64,000 nt of DNA from an uncultured Chloroflexia bacterium (GCA_963766685.1 CAVYBJ010000002.1:22257-86256); one strand, 5' to 3'. Counted from the first letter of the stretch, positions 38,065 through 49,180 are shown. Numbers and translations: made by a program. Notes: generated by a model from the letters alone, not told the origin.

Positions 38065-39406
38065 AGCGTCGCTCCACCGGCCCCGAACGTCCCGCGTCGA
38101 GCCATGGTACGGCCGTACCCTACCCGGTGCCTCAGCGCACCGGCCACACTCGGGTGGTGAGGAACCCTGCCAGCGGGGGCGGCCGCCGTGCGCCCGTCAT
38201 GCCGACCGTCGCCCTGCTGCTCGCGCTGCTGGCCGTCCTGCTGCCTGCCACCACCTTCGCTGGCGGCTGGACGACGATGAAGCGCGTCACCGACGAGCGG
38301 AGCTCGCGGCTCGATTCCCTGCACCAGCTCTCCGCCGACGGCGGGCAAGCTGCACCTGGCGCACCCGCGTACCGGAGACGGTCAGCTGGATGACCGCGTC
38401 TTCTACCAGCGTTCCGGGGACGGCGGCGCCACCTGGAGCGACGTCGAGCCGATCTTCGCGGCCACCCGGGACCTGCGCCACGTCGTGCCCAACCTGGCGC
38501 TGGCGGCCAGGGGCGGCGTGGTGGCGGTCGCCTGGCGTGCCCACGGGCCCCGCAGGCACACGCTCTTCGTGCGCGTCAGCCGCGACGGTGGCGACACCTT
38601 CGCCGAGCCGGAGGTGGTCTTCTCGACACGCAACGAGGACGGCATCGGCGTACCCGCGGTGGCGGTCGGTGCGGCCGGCAAGCTGGTGACGGTGGCCTGG
38701 ACGGACCGCGCCAAGGGCCGGGTCCGCGTACGCAGCAGTCGAGACGCGGGCCGTACGTTCGGCGAGGCCCGGACCATCGGCCGGACGGGCCTGTCCATCG
38801 ACTGCCGGGAGCGGCTCACGGACGGGCTCGTCGGCCTCGTGGCGTCACGGCGCCTCGTGCACGCGGCCTGGTCTCTCGCGCCAAAGGGTCGCTGCCAGGC
38901 GAGCAGCGTGGTGATCCGCAGCTCGGACGACCGTGGCCGGACCTTCGGGCCGTCACGCACCATCACCGCTCGGCGCAGCTACGGCTGGCCGGAACTGGAC
39001 GCCAGGGGCCGCACGGTGATGGCCTCGCTGCAGTCGACGGACGGGGGCGTCATCCTGTCCCGCTCTGCCGACGACGGCGCGAGCTGGGACGACCGACTCC
39101 TGAAGGCACCGAAGGGCTACAGCTTCAGTGCGGCGGACCTCGTCCTCATGGACGGCCGCAAGGCCATGATCACCTACGTGAAGGAACGGGTCCGTCGTTC
39201 GCGGCTGATGGCCACGGAGGTCGTCTCGCGCTGGAGCCCGGACGACGGCGATCAGCCTGCGGCGCGCGCGCTCGGTCGCCCCTGAGGCGGAGCGACTGCG
39301 CATGGCGCCCAACGTCGCCAGCATCGGCAAGAAGGTCGCCATCGTGCTGCAATCGGGTCCCATGTCCGGCGCGACGCGGAACCTGTACGTGACCCGCCTG
39401 CGCTAG
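38061..39406 (+). pseudogene. secreted BNR/Asp-box repeat (sialidase-fold-like) protein, two +1 disruptions (~38342, ~39255); start uncertain (GTG 38061 or ATG 38199)
   Basis: Signal peptide MPTVALLLALLAVLLPATTFAGG. Asp-box repeats SGDGGATW, SRDGGDTF, SRDAGRTF, SDDRGRTF, SADDGASW and SPDDG. The C-terminal 45 aa (…APEAERLRMAPNVASIGKKVAIVLQSGPMSGATRNLYVTRLR) are in the next frame and end at TAG 39404-39406. Confidence 0.7.
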
Positions 39407-39408
39407 CC

Positions 39409-40564
39409 ATGTCGTCGGTCGCGCCGGTCACCCGCGCCCGGGACCTGGGCATCCGCATCGGCCTGCTGGAGCCGGGTCCCCGCAACGCCATCAGCGACGT
39501 GGCCGGGGTGCGCGTCGGCCACGTCACGCTCATCGAGGGTCGAGGGTCCGCTGCTCGTGGGCCAGGGACCCGTGCGGACCGGGGTCACGATCGTGGTGCC
39601 GCACGAGGGGGATCCCTTCCGTGAGGCCGTCTTCGCGGGCGCCCACCGGCTGAACGGCAACGGCGAGCTCACGGGCCTCGAGTGGATCCGCGAATCGGGG
39701 CGGCTGACCTCGCCCATCGGCATCACCAACACGCACTCGGTGGGGGTCGTGCGGGACGCGCTCGTGGCCGCGGCCCACCAGCCGGGACGCGAGGCCTGGA
39801 CGCTGCCGGTGGTGGGCGAGACGTACGACGGCTGGCTGAACGACATCGACGGCATGCACGTGCGACCGGAGCACGTCTTCACGGCCCTGGCGGCGGCTTC
39901 TGCCGACGTGGCCGAGGGCAACGTCGGTGGCGGCACGGGCATGATGTGCCACCACTTCAAGGGCGGCATCGGGACGGCCTCCCGGGTCCTGTCGGAGGCC
40001 GACGGCGGCTGGACGGTCGGCGCGCTCGTGCAGGCCAACTACGGGCGGCGAGAGCGGCTGGCCGTCGATGGCGTGCCCGTGGGACGCGAGATCGGCGTGG
40101 ACGTCGTGCCCTCGTCATGGGCTGAGGCCACTGGCGACCCCGGCCTGCGAGCCGTCGCTCGCCAGGACGCCGGCTCGATCATCGTCGTCCTGGCCACCGA
40201 TGCGCCGCTCCTGCCGCACCAGTGCCGACGGCTCGCGCAGCGGGGCGCCCTCGGCATCGCCCGTGCCGGCGGCGCCGGAGAGAACAGCAGCGGCGACCTC
40301 ATCCTCGCCTTCGCCACCGGCAACCCGCCCTTCGCCATCTCCGACGAGGCCGCGGCCGTGCCCCGCGAGCGCGCCCTGCGCGCCGTCGACGAGGCCTGGC
40401 TGAGCCCGCTCTTCTGGGCTGCCATCGAGTCGGTCGAGGAGTCCATCGTCAACGCCCTCGTGGCCGCGGAGACGATGACCGGCCGCGACGGCCACGTCGC
40501 GCATCGGCTGCCTCACGATCTGCTGGCAGAGGTGTGGGGCAGGCACAGGGGGTCGGGGTCCTGA
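39409..40564 (+). pseudogene. P1/S58 (DmpA-type) aminopeptidase family protein, frame disrupted at ~39541 (+1)
   Basis: ORF 39409..39624 (ITDVAGVRVGHVTLIEG) plus ORF 39557..40564 (EGPLLVGQGPVRTGVTIVVP...NGNGELTG...GGGTGMMCHHFKGGIGTAS...IVVLATDAPL). Confidence 0.85.
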
Positions 40565-40763
40565 CCAGTCGCCCTGTCACGGGTGTCCTGCTACATTGCG
40601 CTGCGCGGATGGGACGGCCGATACCCCCTGATCGATCGGCACTGGCCGCGCCGTGGCCCCGCGTCCGCGTGAAGGAGTGCCAGGATGTCGGCCGACCCTG
40701 CCGCCTCGATGAGCGGGACCAGCCGCATGTGAAGACCGGCCCATCCCATCCACAGACGCCTTC

Positions 40764-41977
40764 ATGACGCCGCCCGACTTCGACCCCTTCGAGCTGCTCG
40801 GTGTCGACGCCAGCGCGGATGCGGCGACGATCGACCGGGCCTACAAGTCGCGGATCCGCCACGTCCACCCGGACATCGCGGGCATCGCCGGGCTCGACGA
40901 GACCAAGCGCCTCAACATCGCCCGCGAGTGGCTGCTCGACCCCGCGCTGCGGGCCCAGCTGCCCAAGCCGCCGCCGCGCTGGAGCCATGGGAGCGTCCGC
41001 CGGGCCAGTCGGCCCGGACCGCCGCCCCGGCCGCCGAGCCGCCCGCGGCCGCCGAGCCGAGGCCGTCCCCACCATCGGCGCCGCCGAAGGACACGTCGTG
41101 GTTCTGGGACGGCGCCGCGGCTCCGCCGCCCCGGCCAGCCTGGGACTACGACCCGGCGTTCGACGACCCGCTCACGTTCGACTACGGAGCCTGGACCGAC
41201 CCGCTGCGGACCTTCTTCGCGTCGGTCCGCTCGCTGACCGGCGCTGAACGCGCGCGCGTCACCTACAGCCTGGGCGACGAGCCACCGCTCTTCTTCGACG
41301 CCTTCGAGGGCATGCTCAGCGTGCGGATGTGGGCGCGATCGCAGGCGCTCCAGGACGCCGTCGAGCGTGTCTGGCGGGAGCGACTCGACGAGGCGCCGCC
41401 GCTCCTCTTCCCGCGGGGCCGGGTGTTCGGGAACGGCATCGTGGTGGCCAACGCCTACGCGCAGTGGCGGCTCCTGGGTGATGCCATCAGCCAGAAGATG
41501 CGAGACCCGGCTGCCATCCGGGCGCTGGAGGCACGCTGCACGGCACCCTGGCTCGCCTCGGTCGGCCACGCCCGCTACGGCCTCCATCAGCGCGAGGTGG
41601 TCGCCTTTCTCGACGACGCCCGGACCCTTCCGCTCAGGTCGGCCATCCGACTGGCGAAGGCGTGGCAGCGGGACATGGGTGGCTACCTCTTCGGCCGGCC
41701 CGGCGAGGACTGGTTCCCCGGTTCGCTGGCAGACCCGAGCCCCGAGCTGGTCAGCGCGCGGCTGGCGGCGGTCGATGCCTCCCGCGTGGAACCGCCCCAC
41801 GAGATGGCCCACGAGCTGCGCAACGGCTTCCGCTGCGGCCTGCGGCTGACGGCCTACGTGCTGGCGCTCGGAGGCGTGAGCGAGCCGGGGCGGGACTACC
41901 TGCGGCCGTGGCGCGACGCGCTGGACGGCAGCCCCTCGTTCGTGGATCGCGCCCGCTGGGGCCTGCCGCTCGACTGA
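40764..41977 (+). pseudogene. J-domain (DnaJ-like) protein with uncharacterised ~300-aa C-terminal domain; frame disrupted within the Pro-rich linker (~40980)
   Basis: ORF 40764..41237 has the N-terminus DPFELLGVDASADAATIDRAYKSRIRHVHPDIAG (HPD motif). After a PPRP linker the sequence continues in ORF 40928..41977 (WDYDPAFDDPLTFDYGAW...ANAYAQWRLLGDAI...LRPWRDALDGSPSFVDRARWGLPLD). Confidence 0.7.
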
Positions 41978-42044
41978 TCCGCGCCATGGGCACCGGGAGC
42001 GCGCCCTTCGCCCGGCGCCTCCCTGGCGGCAGCACGGCGTCCGA

Positions 42045-42050
42045 TAGACT
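42045..42050 (+). promoter_or_regulatory. candidate -10 box TAGACT upstream of guaA
   Basis: ccgaTAGACT at 42041-42050 is the same 10-mer as upstream of the GT2 gene at 53501. It is followed by AAGGGGA (42068-42074) and TTG 42080. Confidence 0.35.
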
Positions 42051-42079
42051 CGGGTGCACGGGCAGCCAAGGGGAGCGGA

Positions 42080-43855
42080 TTGACGGACAGGGTCGAGGAA
42101 GACGGGCGAGCGGTCGAGGGCGAGCACGAGAAGCAGCGCGGCAAGACCGTCCACGGCGAGATCGCCAACGCCGGGCACCGCGTGCTGGCGCCGGACGACG
42201 CGGAGGTCGAGGCGTACCTGGAGGTCGCGCTCGACGCACCGGCCCCCGAGCGCCCGACCGATGACCGCCCGACCATCAGCCGCCCGCCGGAGCCGCCGGA
42301 CAGCGTCGTCGTCCTCGACTTCGGCAGCCAGTTCGCGCAGCTCATCGCCCGGCGCGTCCGCGAGCTGGACGTCTACTCGGAGCTGCTGCCGTACGACACG
42401 CCCTTCGAGGTCCTCGAGCGACGGGGCGTGAAGGGCATCATCCTCTCCGGCGGCCCCAACTCCGTCTACGACGCGGCCGCCCCCCGGCCTGACCCCGCCA
42501 CCTGGAGCGGCCGCATCCCCGTGCTGGGCATCTGCTACGGCGCGCAGCTCATGGCCATCGAGCTCGGCGGCGACGTCATGCAGACGCCCCGGCGCGAGTA
42601 CGGCCCGGCCGTCGTCTCCATCGCCCCGGACGACCGACTGCTGGCCGGCCTGGGCACGGAGCAGCCCGTCTGGATGAGCCACGGCGATTCCATCACCCGG
42701 CTGCCGGCCGGCTTCACGGCCACCGCCCAGACCGATTCCACGCCCTTCGCCGGCCTGTCCGATCCCGCCCGCAGCCTCTACGGCATCCAGTTCCACCCGG
42801 AGGTCGTGCACACCCCGCGGGGCAGGGACGTGCTCGCCAACTTCGTCCTGGGCATCGCCGGCGCGGCTCCGGAGTGGACGTCGGCCAACTTCATCGACTC
42901 CACCGTGGAGCGCATCCGCGAGCGCGTCGACGAGCACGCCCGCGCCACCGGCTCGGAGGGCAAGGTCATCTGCGCGCTCTCCGGCGGCGTCGACTCAGCC
43001 GTCGCGGCGGCGCTCGTCCACCGCGCCGTGGGCGACCGCCTGACCTGCATCTACGTCGACCACGGGCTCATGCGCAAGCGCGAATCGGAGCTGCTGCGCG
43101 ACACGTTCGAGGCCAACCTGGGCATGAACCTCGTGATGGTCGATGCCCGCGAGCGCTTCCTGGCCCGCCTGGCCGGGGTGGAGGACCCGGAGCAGAAGCG
43201 CCGCATCATCGGCGACGAGTTCATCCGCGTCTTCGAGGAGGAGGCGGCCCGGCTCGGGCGCATCGACTTCCTGACGCAGGGCACGCTCTACCCGGACGTC
43301 ATCGAGTCGACCGCCCCGGAGACCAAGGCCGCCCAGAAGATCAAGACGCACCACAACGTCGGCGGGCTGCCCTCCGACCTGCGCTTCCAGCTCATCGAGC
43401 CGCTGCGCTACCTCTTCAAGGACGAGGTGCGCAAGGTCGGCCTGCAGCTGGGACTGCCCGAGCAGATGGTGCAGCGCCAGCCCTTCCCGGGCCCCGGCCT
43501 GGCCATCCGCATCATCGGCGAGGTCACGCGCGAGCGGCTGGACACGCTCCGTGAGGCCGACTGGATCGTCATCGACGAGATCAAGGCGGCCGGCCTGTAC
43601 CGCAACGTCTGGCAGTCCTTCGCCATCCTGACCCCGGTGCGCAGCGTGGGCGTCATGGGCGATGGGCGCACCTACGCGAACGTGGTGGCCATCCGGGCCG
43701 TGACCAGCGAGGACGGCATGACGGCCGACTGGGCGAAGCTGCCCTACGACGTGCTGGGCAAGATCAGCGCCCGCATCGTCAACGAGGTGCCCGGCGTGAA
43801 CCGCGTCGTCTACGACATCAGCAGCAAGCCGCCCGCCACCATCGAATGGGAGTGA
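42080..43855 (+). CDS. guaA: GMP synthase (glutamine-hydrolysing), with ~70-aa acidic N-terminal extension if the TTG 42080 start is used
   Basis: ORF 42080..43855. The GATase domain reads [20 protein letters not shown]...GICYGAQLM...HPE. The ATP-PPase P-loop reads [13 protein letters not shown]. The C-terminus reads ...[10 protein letters not shown]. Intact. Confidence 0.93.
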   Translation: MTDRVEEDGRAVEGEHEKQRGKTVHGEIANAGHRVLAPDDAEVEAYLEVALDAPAPERPTDDRPTISRPPEPPDSVVVLDFGSQFAQLIARRVRELDVYSELLPYDTPFEVLERRGVKGIILSGGPNSVYDAAAPRPDPATWSGRIPVLGICYGAQLMAIELGGDVMQTPRREYGPAVVSIAPDDRLLAGLGTEQPVWMSHGDSITRLPAGFTATAQTDSTPFAGLSDPARSLYGIQFHPEVVHTPRGRDVLANFVLGIAGAAPEWTSANFIDSTVERIRERVDEHARATGSEGKVICALSGGVDSAVAAALVHRAVGDRLTCIYVDHGLMRKRESELLRDTFEANLGMNLVMVDARERFLARLAGVEDPEQKRRIIGDEFIRVFEEEAARLGRIDFLTQGTLYPDVIESTAPETKAAQKIKTHHNVGGLPSDLRFQLIEPLRYLFKDEVRKVGLQLGLPEQMVQRQPFPGPGLAIRIIGEVTRERLDTLREADWIVIDEIKAAGLYRNVWQSFAILTPVRSVGVMGDGRTYANVVAIRAVTSEDGMTADWAKLPYDVLGKISARIVNEVPGVNRVVYDISSKPPATIEWE

Positions 43856-44410
43856 GCGACGGCCCGTCGGACACGCACGACCCGCCCGATCGGCACGACC
43901 CGGTCGCTCACGAGGCGGAGCCCATCCCCGCCCGAGCACCGTCGCCCGGCCCCTCCTTCGCTCGTGCGGAGCCGATGCGCCTGCGCGGCCCCGCCGGCGA
44001 GCCCGGTCCACGCGTGCGCCTGGGGATGCTGCGACCCTCCGTCCTGGACGACGGCTGGTGGCTGACGACGCTCTGGGTGGAGGACGACGAGGGCGTGGTC
44101 GAGGCCCGGGCCGTCGCGCCGGTGGCGGGTCCGCCGCCCGTGGCGCCCCTGCAGGTCATCGGGCCCACGCTCTCCAACGCCCTCATGGGCCTGCTCGACC
44201 AGGAGGACGGACGGCAGCTCATCCGCCTGCGCATGCCCGCCGGCCGAGGACGACGCGCAGCCCTGGCGGCGCCCCCTGCTCATGCTCACCGCGGTCCGCT
44301 GGGACCCCGTCCGCGCCAGCACCATGACCACCAACCAGCTGGCGGCGGAGCTCATGCGCGCCTTCCGCAACGCCGTCGACGCGGCCGGGGCGCCCGGCCG
44401 CACGGGGTAG
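43846..44410 (+). pseudogene. hypothetical protein downstream of guaA, frame disrupted near 44238 (+1)
   Basis: ORF 43846 frame (…DDGWWLTTLWVEDDEGVVEARAV...LIRLRMP). It then continues one frame over as PAEDDAQPWRRPLLMLTAVRWDPVRASTMTTNQLAAELMRAFRNAVDAAG, ending at TAG 44408-44410. Confidence 0.45.
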
Positions 44411-44508
44411 GGCACGGGCCGACTCGACGGTCCGCTGCTACACTCGGCGCGCCGTTGGCGGCCCGCGCATGCCGCCAGATTCCCGACGCACCACGAGGCC
44501 GCCAGTCC

Positions 44509-45286
44509 ATGTTCGATGATCTGTTCGGAGAGCTTGACGCCACCATCTCCGGATTCGTCGAGAGCGATGCCTTCCAGATCGGCATCCGCGTCCTGGTGGC
44601 GTACATCGTGCTCATCTGGCTGGCCAGCGCCTACTGGGCCTACCGGGACATGCGCCTGCGCTCCGCGAGCGCCTTCACGCCCTACGTGGCCGCGGCGGCC
44701 ATCATCATCTTCACGCCCATCTTCTTCCTCTTCGGCCTGCTCATCTACCGCATCGTGCGGCCCAAGGAGACCATCGCCGAGGTCAACGAGCGGATGCTGG
44801 CGGAGGAGGCGATGCTGGCCGAGGTGGCCTCGCATGCCCACTGCGCCAACTGCTCGCGGCCGGTCCACGAGGAGTGGATCATCTGCCCGACCTGCCGCAA
44901 CCGGCTGCGCCGCGTCTGCCCCAACTGCGAGCGCCTCATCGAGCTCGACTGGACGCTCTGCGCCTGGTGCGGCAAGGACTTCGAGCGCGCCGAGGCACCC
45001 GGCCTGGCGGTCTACATGCCGTCCGCCCGGCCCGCGCCGCGTCCACAGCAGCCGGCCCCGGTGCGCATCCCGCCCCCGCCGCCTGCTCCGGCTCGGAGTG
45101 CGCCCATGGCACCGTCGCCTGCCCCCAGCAAGCCGAGCGGTCCGCCGCCGTCGCTCCCCGGCTCGGCACCCTCGCCCGCGCCCCGGAGCTCCGGCGCCAC
45201 CAGCAGTCACCTCGCTCGCCAGCGGCGCGGCGGCCAGCAGCTCCAACCCGCCCGCGACCGGCGCCCAACCGCTGACCGGGATCTAG
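44509..45286 (+). CDS. membrane protein with double zinc-ribbon domain and Pro-rich tail; 3' end/frame of the tail uncertain
   Basis: ATG 44509 (MFDDLFGELDATISGF...). Two TM segments (IGIRVLVAYIVLIWLASAYWAY, AAAAIIIFTPIFFLFGLLIY). HCANCSRPVHEEWIICPTCRNRLRRVCPNCERLIELDWTLCAWCG. The original frame stays open to 45396 (overlapping the next gene), while a TAG at 45284-45286 closes the +1 frame. Confidence 0.6.
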
Positions 45287-45304
45287 GCTGCGCCCAGCCG
45301 CACC

Positions 45305-46498
45305 GTGACCGGTCCGCGCCAGGAAGGCCCGTCGTCAGGACCGGCCCGCGTGGCGGACGCCCCTGCGGACCTGGGCGTGGCGGCCACGCCCGCTGACCCA
45401 GCCGCGCCCGCTGGACCAGCCGCGCCCACCGAGCCCGCTGACCCAGCCACGCCCACTGGACCGGCGATGCCCTCCGAGTCCGCTGCGCCCGCTGGCGCAG
45501 CCGTGCCCGGGATCGACGCGGGCGCGCCCTCCGGCCCGCCTGGCGGCGGCGTCTTCACGCTGGAGGGGCGTCGGGCTCCGGGCCTCTACCTGGTGGCCTG
45601 GATCCTCTCGGTGGCCGGGCTGGTGCTCACGTTCGTCATCGGCCCCATGGCCAGCGCGGAGGGATCGCGGCTGCTCCTGGTGACCGTCGGGGCCGTCCTC
45701 CTCACGCTCGGCCTGGCCACGGCCTGCGGCTACCAGGTGCTGGAGCGCCGCGACCGACCCGCGGACCGCTACCACGGCCCGTCGCCGCTCCTCGTCTTCC
45801 TCACCTACCTGATGGCCTTCGTGATCGTCGGGACGGTGGTCTTCCTGGGCGATCTGCTCGATCCCGAGCAGCCCTTCGGATTCCTGGCCGTCGGCACGCT
45901 GCAGGCCATCGGCTACGCGGTCCTCGTGTGGCTCTTCGTGGTCCGCACGGGCGCGCTCACGTGGCCCCAGATGGGCTGGCCGACCTGGCAGGGCGCCGGC
46001 CTGCACCCGACGCTGCGAGCCATCGGCGAGGCCGTCGCGGTCATGCTTCCCGCGACGCTCGGCCTGGCGCTGCTGGGCGGCATCCTGGCGCGCCTCCTCG
46101 ATGTCGAGGCGCCCAGCGTCCTCCCCGTCGCCGAGACCTCTGCGGAGGCGCTGGCCATCGCGCTTGCGGCGGCCCTCATCATCCCCATCGGCGAGGAACT
46201 CTTCTTCCGTGGTTTCGCGCTGACGGCGTGGCTGCGCGACCTCGGGCCACGCAGCGCCCTGGTGCGCAGCGCCCTCTTCTTCGCGCTCATCCACATCGCC
46301 AACATCAGCACCACGTCGTTCGTCGAGGGCGCAGCGCAGGCGCTCCTCCAGACCGTCGTGCTGCTGCCGGTGGGCTTCGTGCTGGGCTGGCTGTTCCTGC
46401 GGCGCGGTATGGCGGCTGCCATCGCCGGTCACGTCACCTACAACTCGCTGCTGCTCTTCCTGTCGCTGCTGGCCTCGACGCTGCCCCGGTCGACCTGA
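45305..46498 (+). CDS. CPBP-family intramembrane glutamic endopeptidase (CAAX protease/Abi-like)
   Basis: ORF 45305..46498 with a GTG start. Pro/Ala-rich N-terminus, multiple TM segments, and motifs GEELFFRG and FFALIH. Intact. Confidence 0.8.
   Translation: MTGPRQEGPSSGPARVADAPADLGVAATPADPAAPAGPAAPTEPADPATPTGPAMPSESAAPAGAAVPGIDAGAPSGPPGGGVFTLEGRRAPGLYLVAWILSVAGLVLTFVIGPMASAEGSRLLLVTVGAVLLTLGLATACGYQVLERRDRPADRYHGPSPLLVFLTYLMAFVIVGTVVFLGDLLDPEQPFGFLAVGTLQAIGYAVLVWLFVVRTGALTWPQMGWPTWQGAGLHPTLRAIGEAVAVMLPATLGLALLGGILARLLDVEAPSVLPVAETSAEALAIALAAALIIPIGEELFFRGFALTAWLRDLGPRSALVRSALFFALIHIANISTTSFVEGAAQALLQTVVLLPVGFVLGWLFLRRGMAAAIAGHVTYNSLLLFLSLLASTLPRST
45389..45478 (+). repeat. 45-bp in-frame tandem repeat x2 in the CPBP N-terminal region
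   Basis: Units 45389-45433 and 45434-45478 (cccgctgacccagcc[g/a]cgccc[g/a]ctggacc...) encode PADPAAPAGPAAPTE and PADPATPTGPAMPSE. Confidence 0.75.
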
Positions 46499-46674
46499 GC
46501 GTCGGTTCTCCACGGCCGCCGGCTGTACGGCAAGTGGCCGGGAACCGGCGACGAAGCGCCCGTGAAGCCATGCTCCTTAGGCTTCGCGATGCCTTCGGGA
46601 TCGGACGGCGGGGGAATCGGCGGGCTCCGTCGTCCGGACCCGGAGGCACCAGGCCTTGAACGCACGGGAGCACG

Positions 46675-47392
46675 ATGACGAGCACCAGCACGGGGACGCA
46701 GCGCAGGGCGGTCCGGGACCTTCCGGCCACGGAGCGGCCGCGGGAGCGCCTCGCGGCCCGCGGGCCTGGCGGCCTGTCGTCGGCGGAGCTCATCAGCCTG
46801 CTCTGGTCACCGAGCGCACGGCAGGTCTCGGCCGCGGCGCTCGCTGAGGAGGCGCTCGTCCACTGCGACGGGCTCTCCGGGCTGGCGACCTCCTCTCCCC
46901 AGGAGCTGCAGCGTGTGCCCGGGGTGGGGCCGGCCCGGGCGGCGCAGCTGACGGCGGCTTTCGAGCTGGGTCGTCGCGCAGTCACGGATTGGCCCGCCGG
47001 GCGTTGGGTCATCCGGGGTCCATCGGACCTGGCCGTCGCGGCTCATCGCGGACCTCGGGCACCTGCCCAGCGAGGAGCTTCGCGTGGTGCTCATGGACAC
47101 CCGCAACGGCGTGCAGGCCATGCGCACCGTGTACCGCGGCAACGTCTCGGCTGCGCTGGTGCGCATCGGCGAACTCTTCCGGGACGCCGTCCGGCTGCAT
47201 GCGGCGCGGCTCATCCTGGTGCACAACCACCCCTCTGGCGACCCGACCCCCAGCCCGGATGACCTGCACATGACGGCGGAGGCCGTGGCCGCCGGGCGAC
47301 TCCTGGACATCGCCGTGCTGGACCACCTGGTCATCGGCCATGGCTCGTTCGTGAGCCTGCGTGACCGCGGGGTGGCCTTCGAACGTGCCTGA
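46675..47392 (+). pseudogene. radC: RadC-family JAB/MPN domain protein, frame disrupted near 47038 (+1)
   Basis: ORF 46675..47262 (…RPRERLAARGPGGLSSAELISLLW...LQRVPGVGPARAAQLTAAFELGRR) plus ORF 47084..47392 (RLIADLGHLPSEELRVVLMDTRNGV...LILVHNHPSGDPTPSPDDLHMT). Confidence 0.85.
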
Positions 47393-47639
47393 CGCCCGCC
47401 TGTGAGGTGGGTGCCTGACGGCGCCGTGACCGACGGCGCCGCGCCTCCGGAGCCGGCCGGCAGCAGCCAGGCACGGGCAGGCCATCCGACCCGCTCGAAT
47501 CGGGTCCGCGGGCCGATGCCGGCCTTGGTGGCCAGGCGGGACACTGGCGCTACGATGCACGTAGCAGGTTCGCTGCGTGCTGCGATGCGCGCCCTGATGC
47601 CGCGCCCCCGGCCCGCCCAGAACCGTGACGACCCGCTCC

Positions 47640-47646
47640 AAGGAGG
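47640..47646 (+). promoter_or_regulatory. Shine-Dalgarno AAGGAGG for mmsA
   Basis: AAGGAGG lies 7 nt upstream of GTG 47654. Confidence 0.6.
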
Positions 47647-47653
47647 CTCCACC

Positions 47654-49180
47654 GTGGCCATCGACTCCCCCGCCCAGGCAGTCACCCTGCCCGTCCTCTC
47701 CCACTGGATCGACGGTCGCCCCGTGGGGGTCCTGCCGGAACAGGCGGGTCCCATCTACGACCCGGCCACGGGGCAGGTCATCGCCCGCGTGCCGCGCGGT
47801 GGGGCGAGCGACGTGGATGTCGCCGTGGCCGCCGCCAAGGCCGCCTACCCGGCCTGGCGGGACATGCCGCTCATCGCCCGAAGCAACATCTTCTTCAACT
47901 ACCGCGCGCTGGTCTATGAGCACCGCGAGGAGCTTGCTGCGCTCATCACCCGCGACCACGGCAAGACCTTCCCCGACGCGCTGGCGGAGGTCATGCGCGG
48001 CCTGGAGACGGTGGAGTTCGCCTGCGGCCTGCCCGTCCACCTGGCCGGCATCAACACGCCCAACGTCTCCTCCAAGGTGGATGCCTTCACGCTGCGCCAG
48101 CCGCTCGGCGTCACGTCGGCCATCACGCCCTTCAACTTCCCGGTCATGGTGCCCATGTGGATCTATCCGATCGCCATGGCCTGCGGTAACACGATGGTCT
48201 GGAAGCCCTCCTCCCATACGCCCGGCGCCTCGCAGCTGCAGGCGGAGCTGTGGAAGGAGGCCGGGCTGCCGGACGGCGTCTTCAACGTCGTCTACGGCGG
48301 TCGCGAGGCGGTGACGGCCATCGTCGAGCACCCGGACGTCAAGGCCATCCAGTTCGTGGGCTCCACGCCGGTCGGCCGCTACGTCTACGAGGAAGGCACC
48401 AGGCGCGGCAAGCGCGTGGGCTCCTACGTGAGCGCCAAGAACGCCATGGTCGTCCTGCCGGATGCGGACATGGAGCTGGTGGCGGACTCCGCGGTGGCGG
48501 CCGGCTATGGCTCCGCCGGCGAGCGCTGCATGGCCCAGACCCTGGTCATCACCGTCGGTGATGCCGCGGAGGCGCTGCGCCCGCTGCTGCTCGAGCGCAT
48601 CGGCAAGCTCAAGGTCGGTCCTGGCATGGACAAGGACAGCGACATGGGCCCCATCTACTCGGCGGAGCACCGCGAGTCGATCATCCAGTGGATCGCCACG
48701 GGTGAGGCGGAGGGCGCGGAGCTCGTCGTCGACGGGCGCGACTTCCAGCACCCCGACCACCCGGATGGCTTCTACCTGGGCGTGAGCCTCTTCGACGGGG
48801 TGACCCCGGAGATGCAGGTCTTCCAGGAAGAGATCTTCGGCCCGGTGCTGGGCATCGTCCATGCCCGCACGTTCGACGAGGCGCTGGGCATGGTCAACGG
48901 CCACAAGTACGCCAACGGCACGGCCATCTTCACCACCAGCGGCGGCGCCGCGCGCCGCTTCAAGCTGGAGGTGGAGGTGCCCATGATCGGCGTCAACGTG
49001 CCCATCCCGGTGCCCGCCGGCTACCTCTCCTTCGCCGGCGCCAAGGAGTCGGCCATCGGCGACCTGGCCATGCGCGGTGAGGACGGCATCCGCTTCTTCA
49101 CGCAGCAGAAGATGGTCACGGAGCGCTGGCCGGAGCCCGGCAAGCAGGGACCGCTGAGCCTGGTCTTCCCCGGCAACTGA
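47654..49180 (+). CDS. mmsA: CoA-acylating methylmalonate-semialdehyde dehydrogenase
   Basis: ORF 47402..49180; GTG 47654 (VAIDSPAQAVTLPVLSHWIDG...). FNFPVMVPMW, FVGSTPVG, catalytic GERCMA, and EEIFGPVL. Intact. Confidence 0.9.
   Translation: MAIDSPAQAVTLPVLSHWIDGRPVGVLPEQAGPIYDPATGQVIARVPRGGASDVDVAVAAAKAAYPAWRDMPLIARSNIFFNYRALVYEHREELAALITRDHGKTFPDALAEVMRGLETVEFACGLPVHLAGINTPNVSSKVDAFTLRQPLGVTSAITPFNFPVMVPMWIYPIAMACGNTMVWKPSSHTPGASQLQAELWKEAGLPDGVFNVVYGGREAVTAIVEHPDVKAIQFVGSTPVGRYVYEEGTRRGKRVGSYVSAKNAMVVLPDADMELVADSAVAAGYGSAGERCMAQTLVITVGDAAEALRPLLLERIGKLKVGPGMDKDSDMGPIYSAEHRESIIQWIATGEAEGAELVVDGRDFQHPDHPDGFYLGVSLFDGVTPEMQVFQEEIFGPVLGIVHARTFDEALGMVNGHKYANGTAIFTTSGGAARRFKLEVEVPMIGVNVPIPVPAGYLSFAGAKESAIGDLAMRGEDGIRFFTQQKMVTERWPEPGKQGPLSLVFPGN

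Noticed and set aside
39535-39548. 7-bp tandem duplication gagggtc-gagggtc as the cause of the DmpA frameshift, which would have argued for a genuine mutation rather than a sequencing error.
   Set aside because: A single inserted c at ~39541 explains it equally well, giving IEG-EGPLLVGQ. The apparent duplication is just the codon pair gag-ggt occurring twice.
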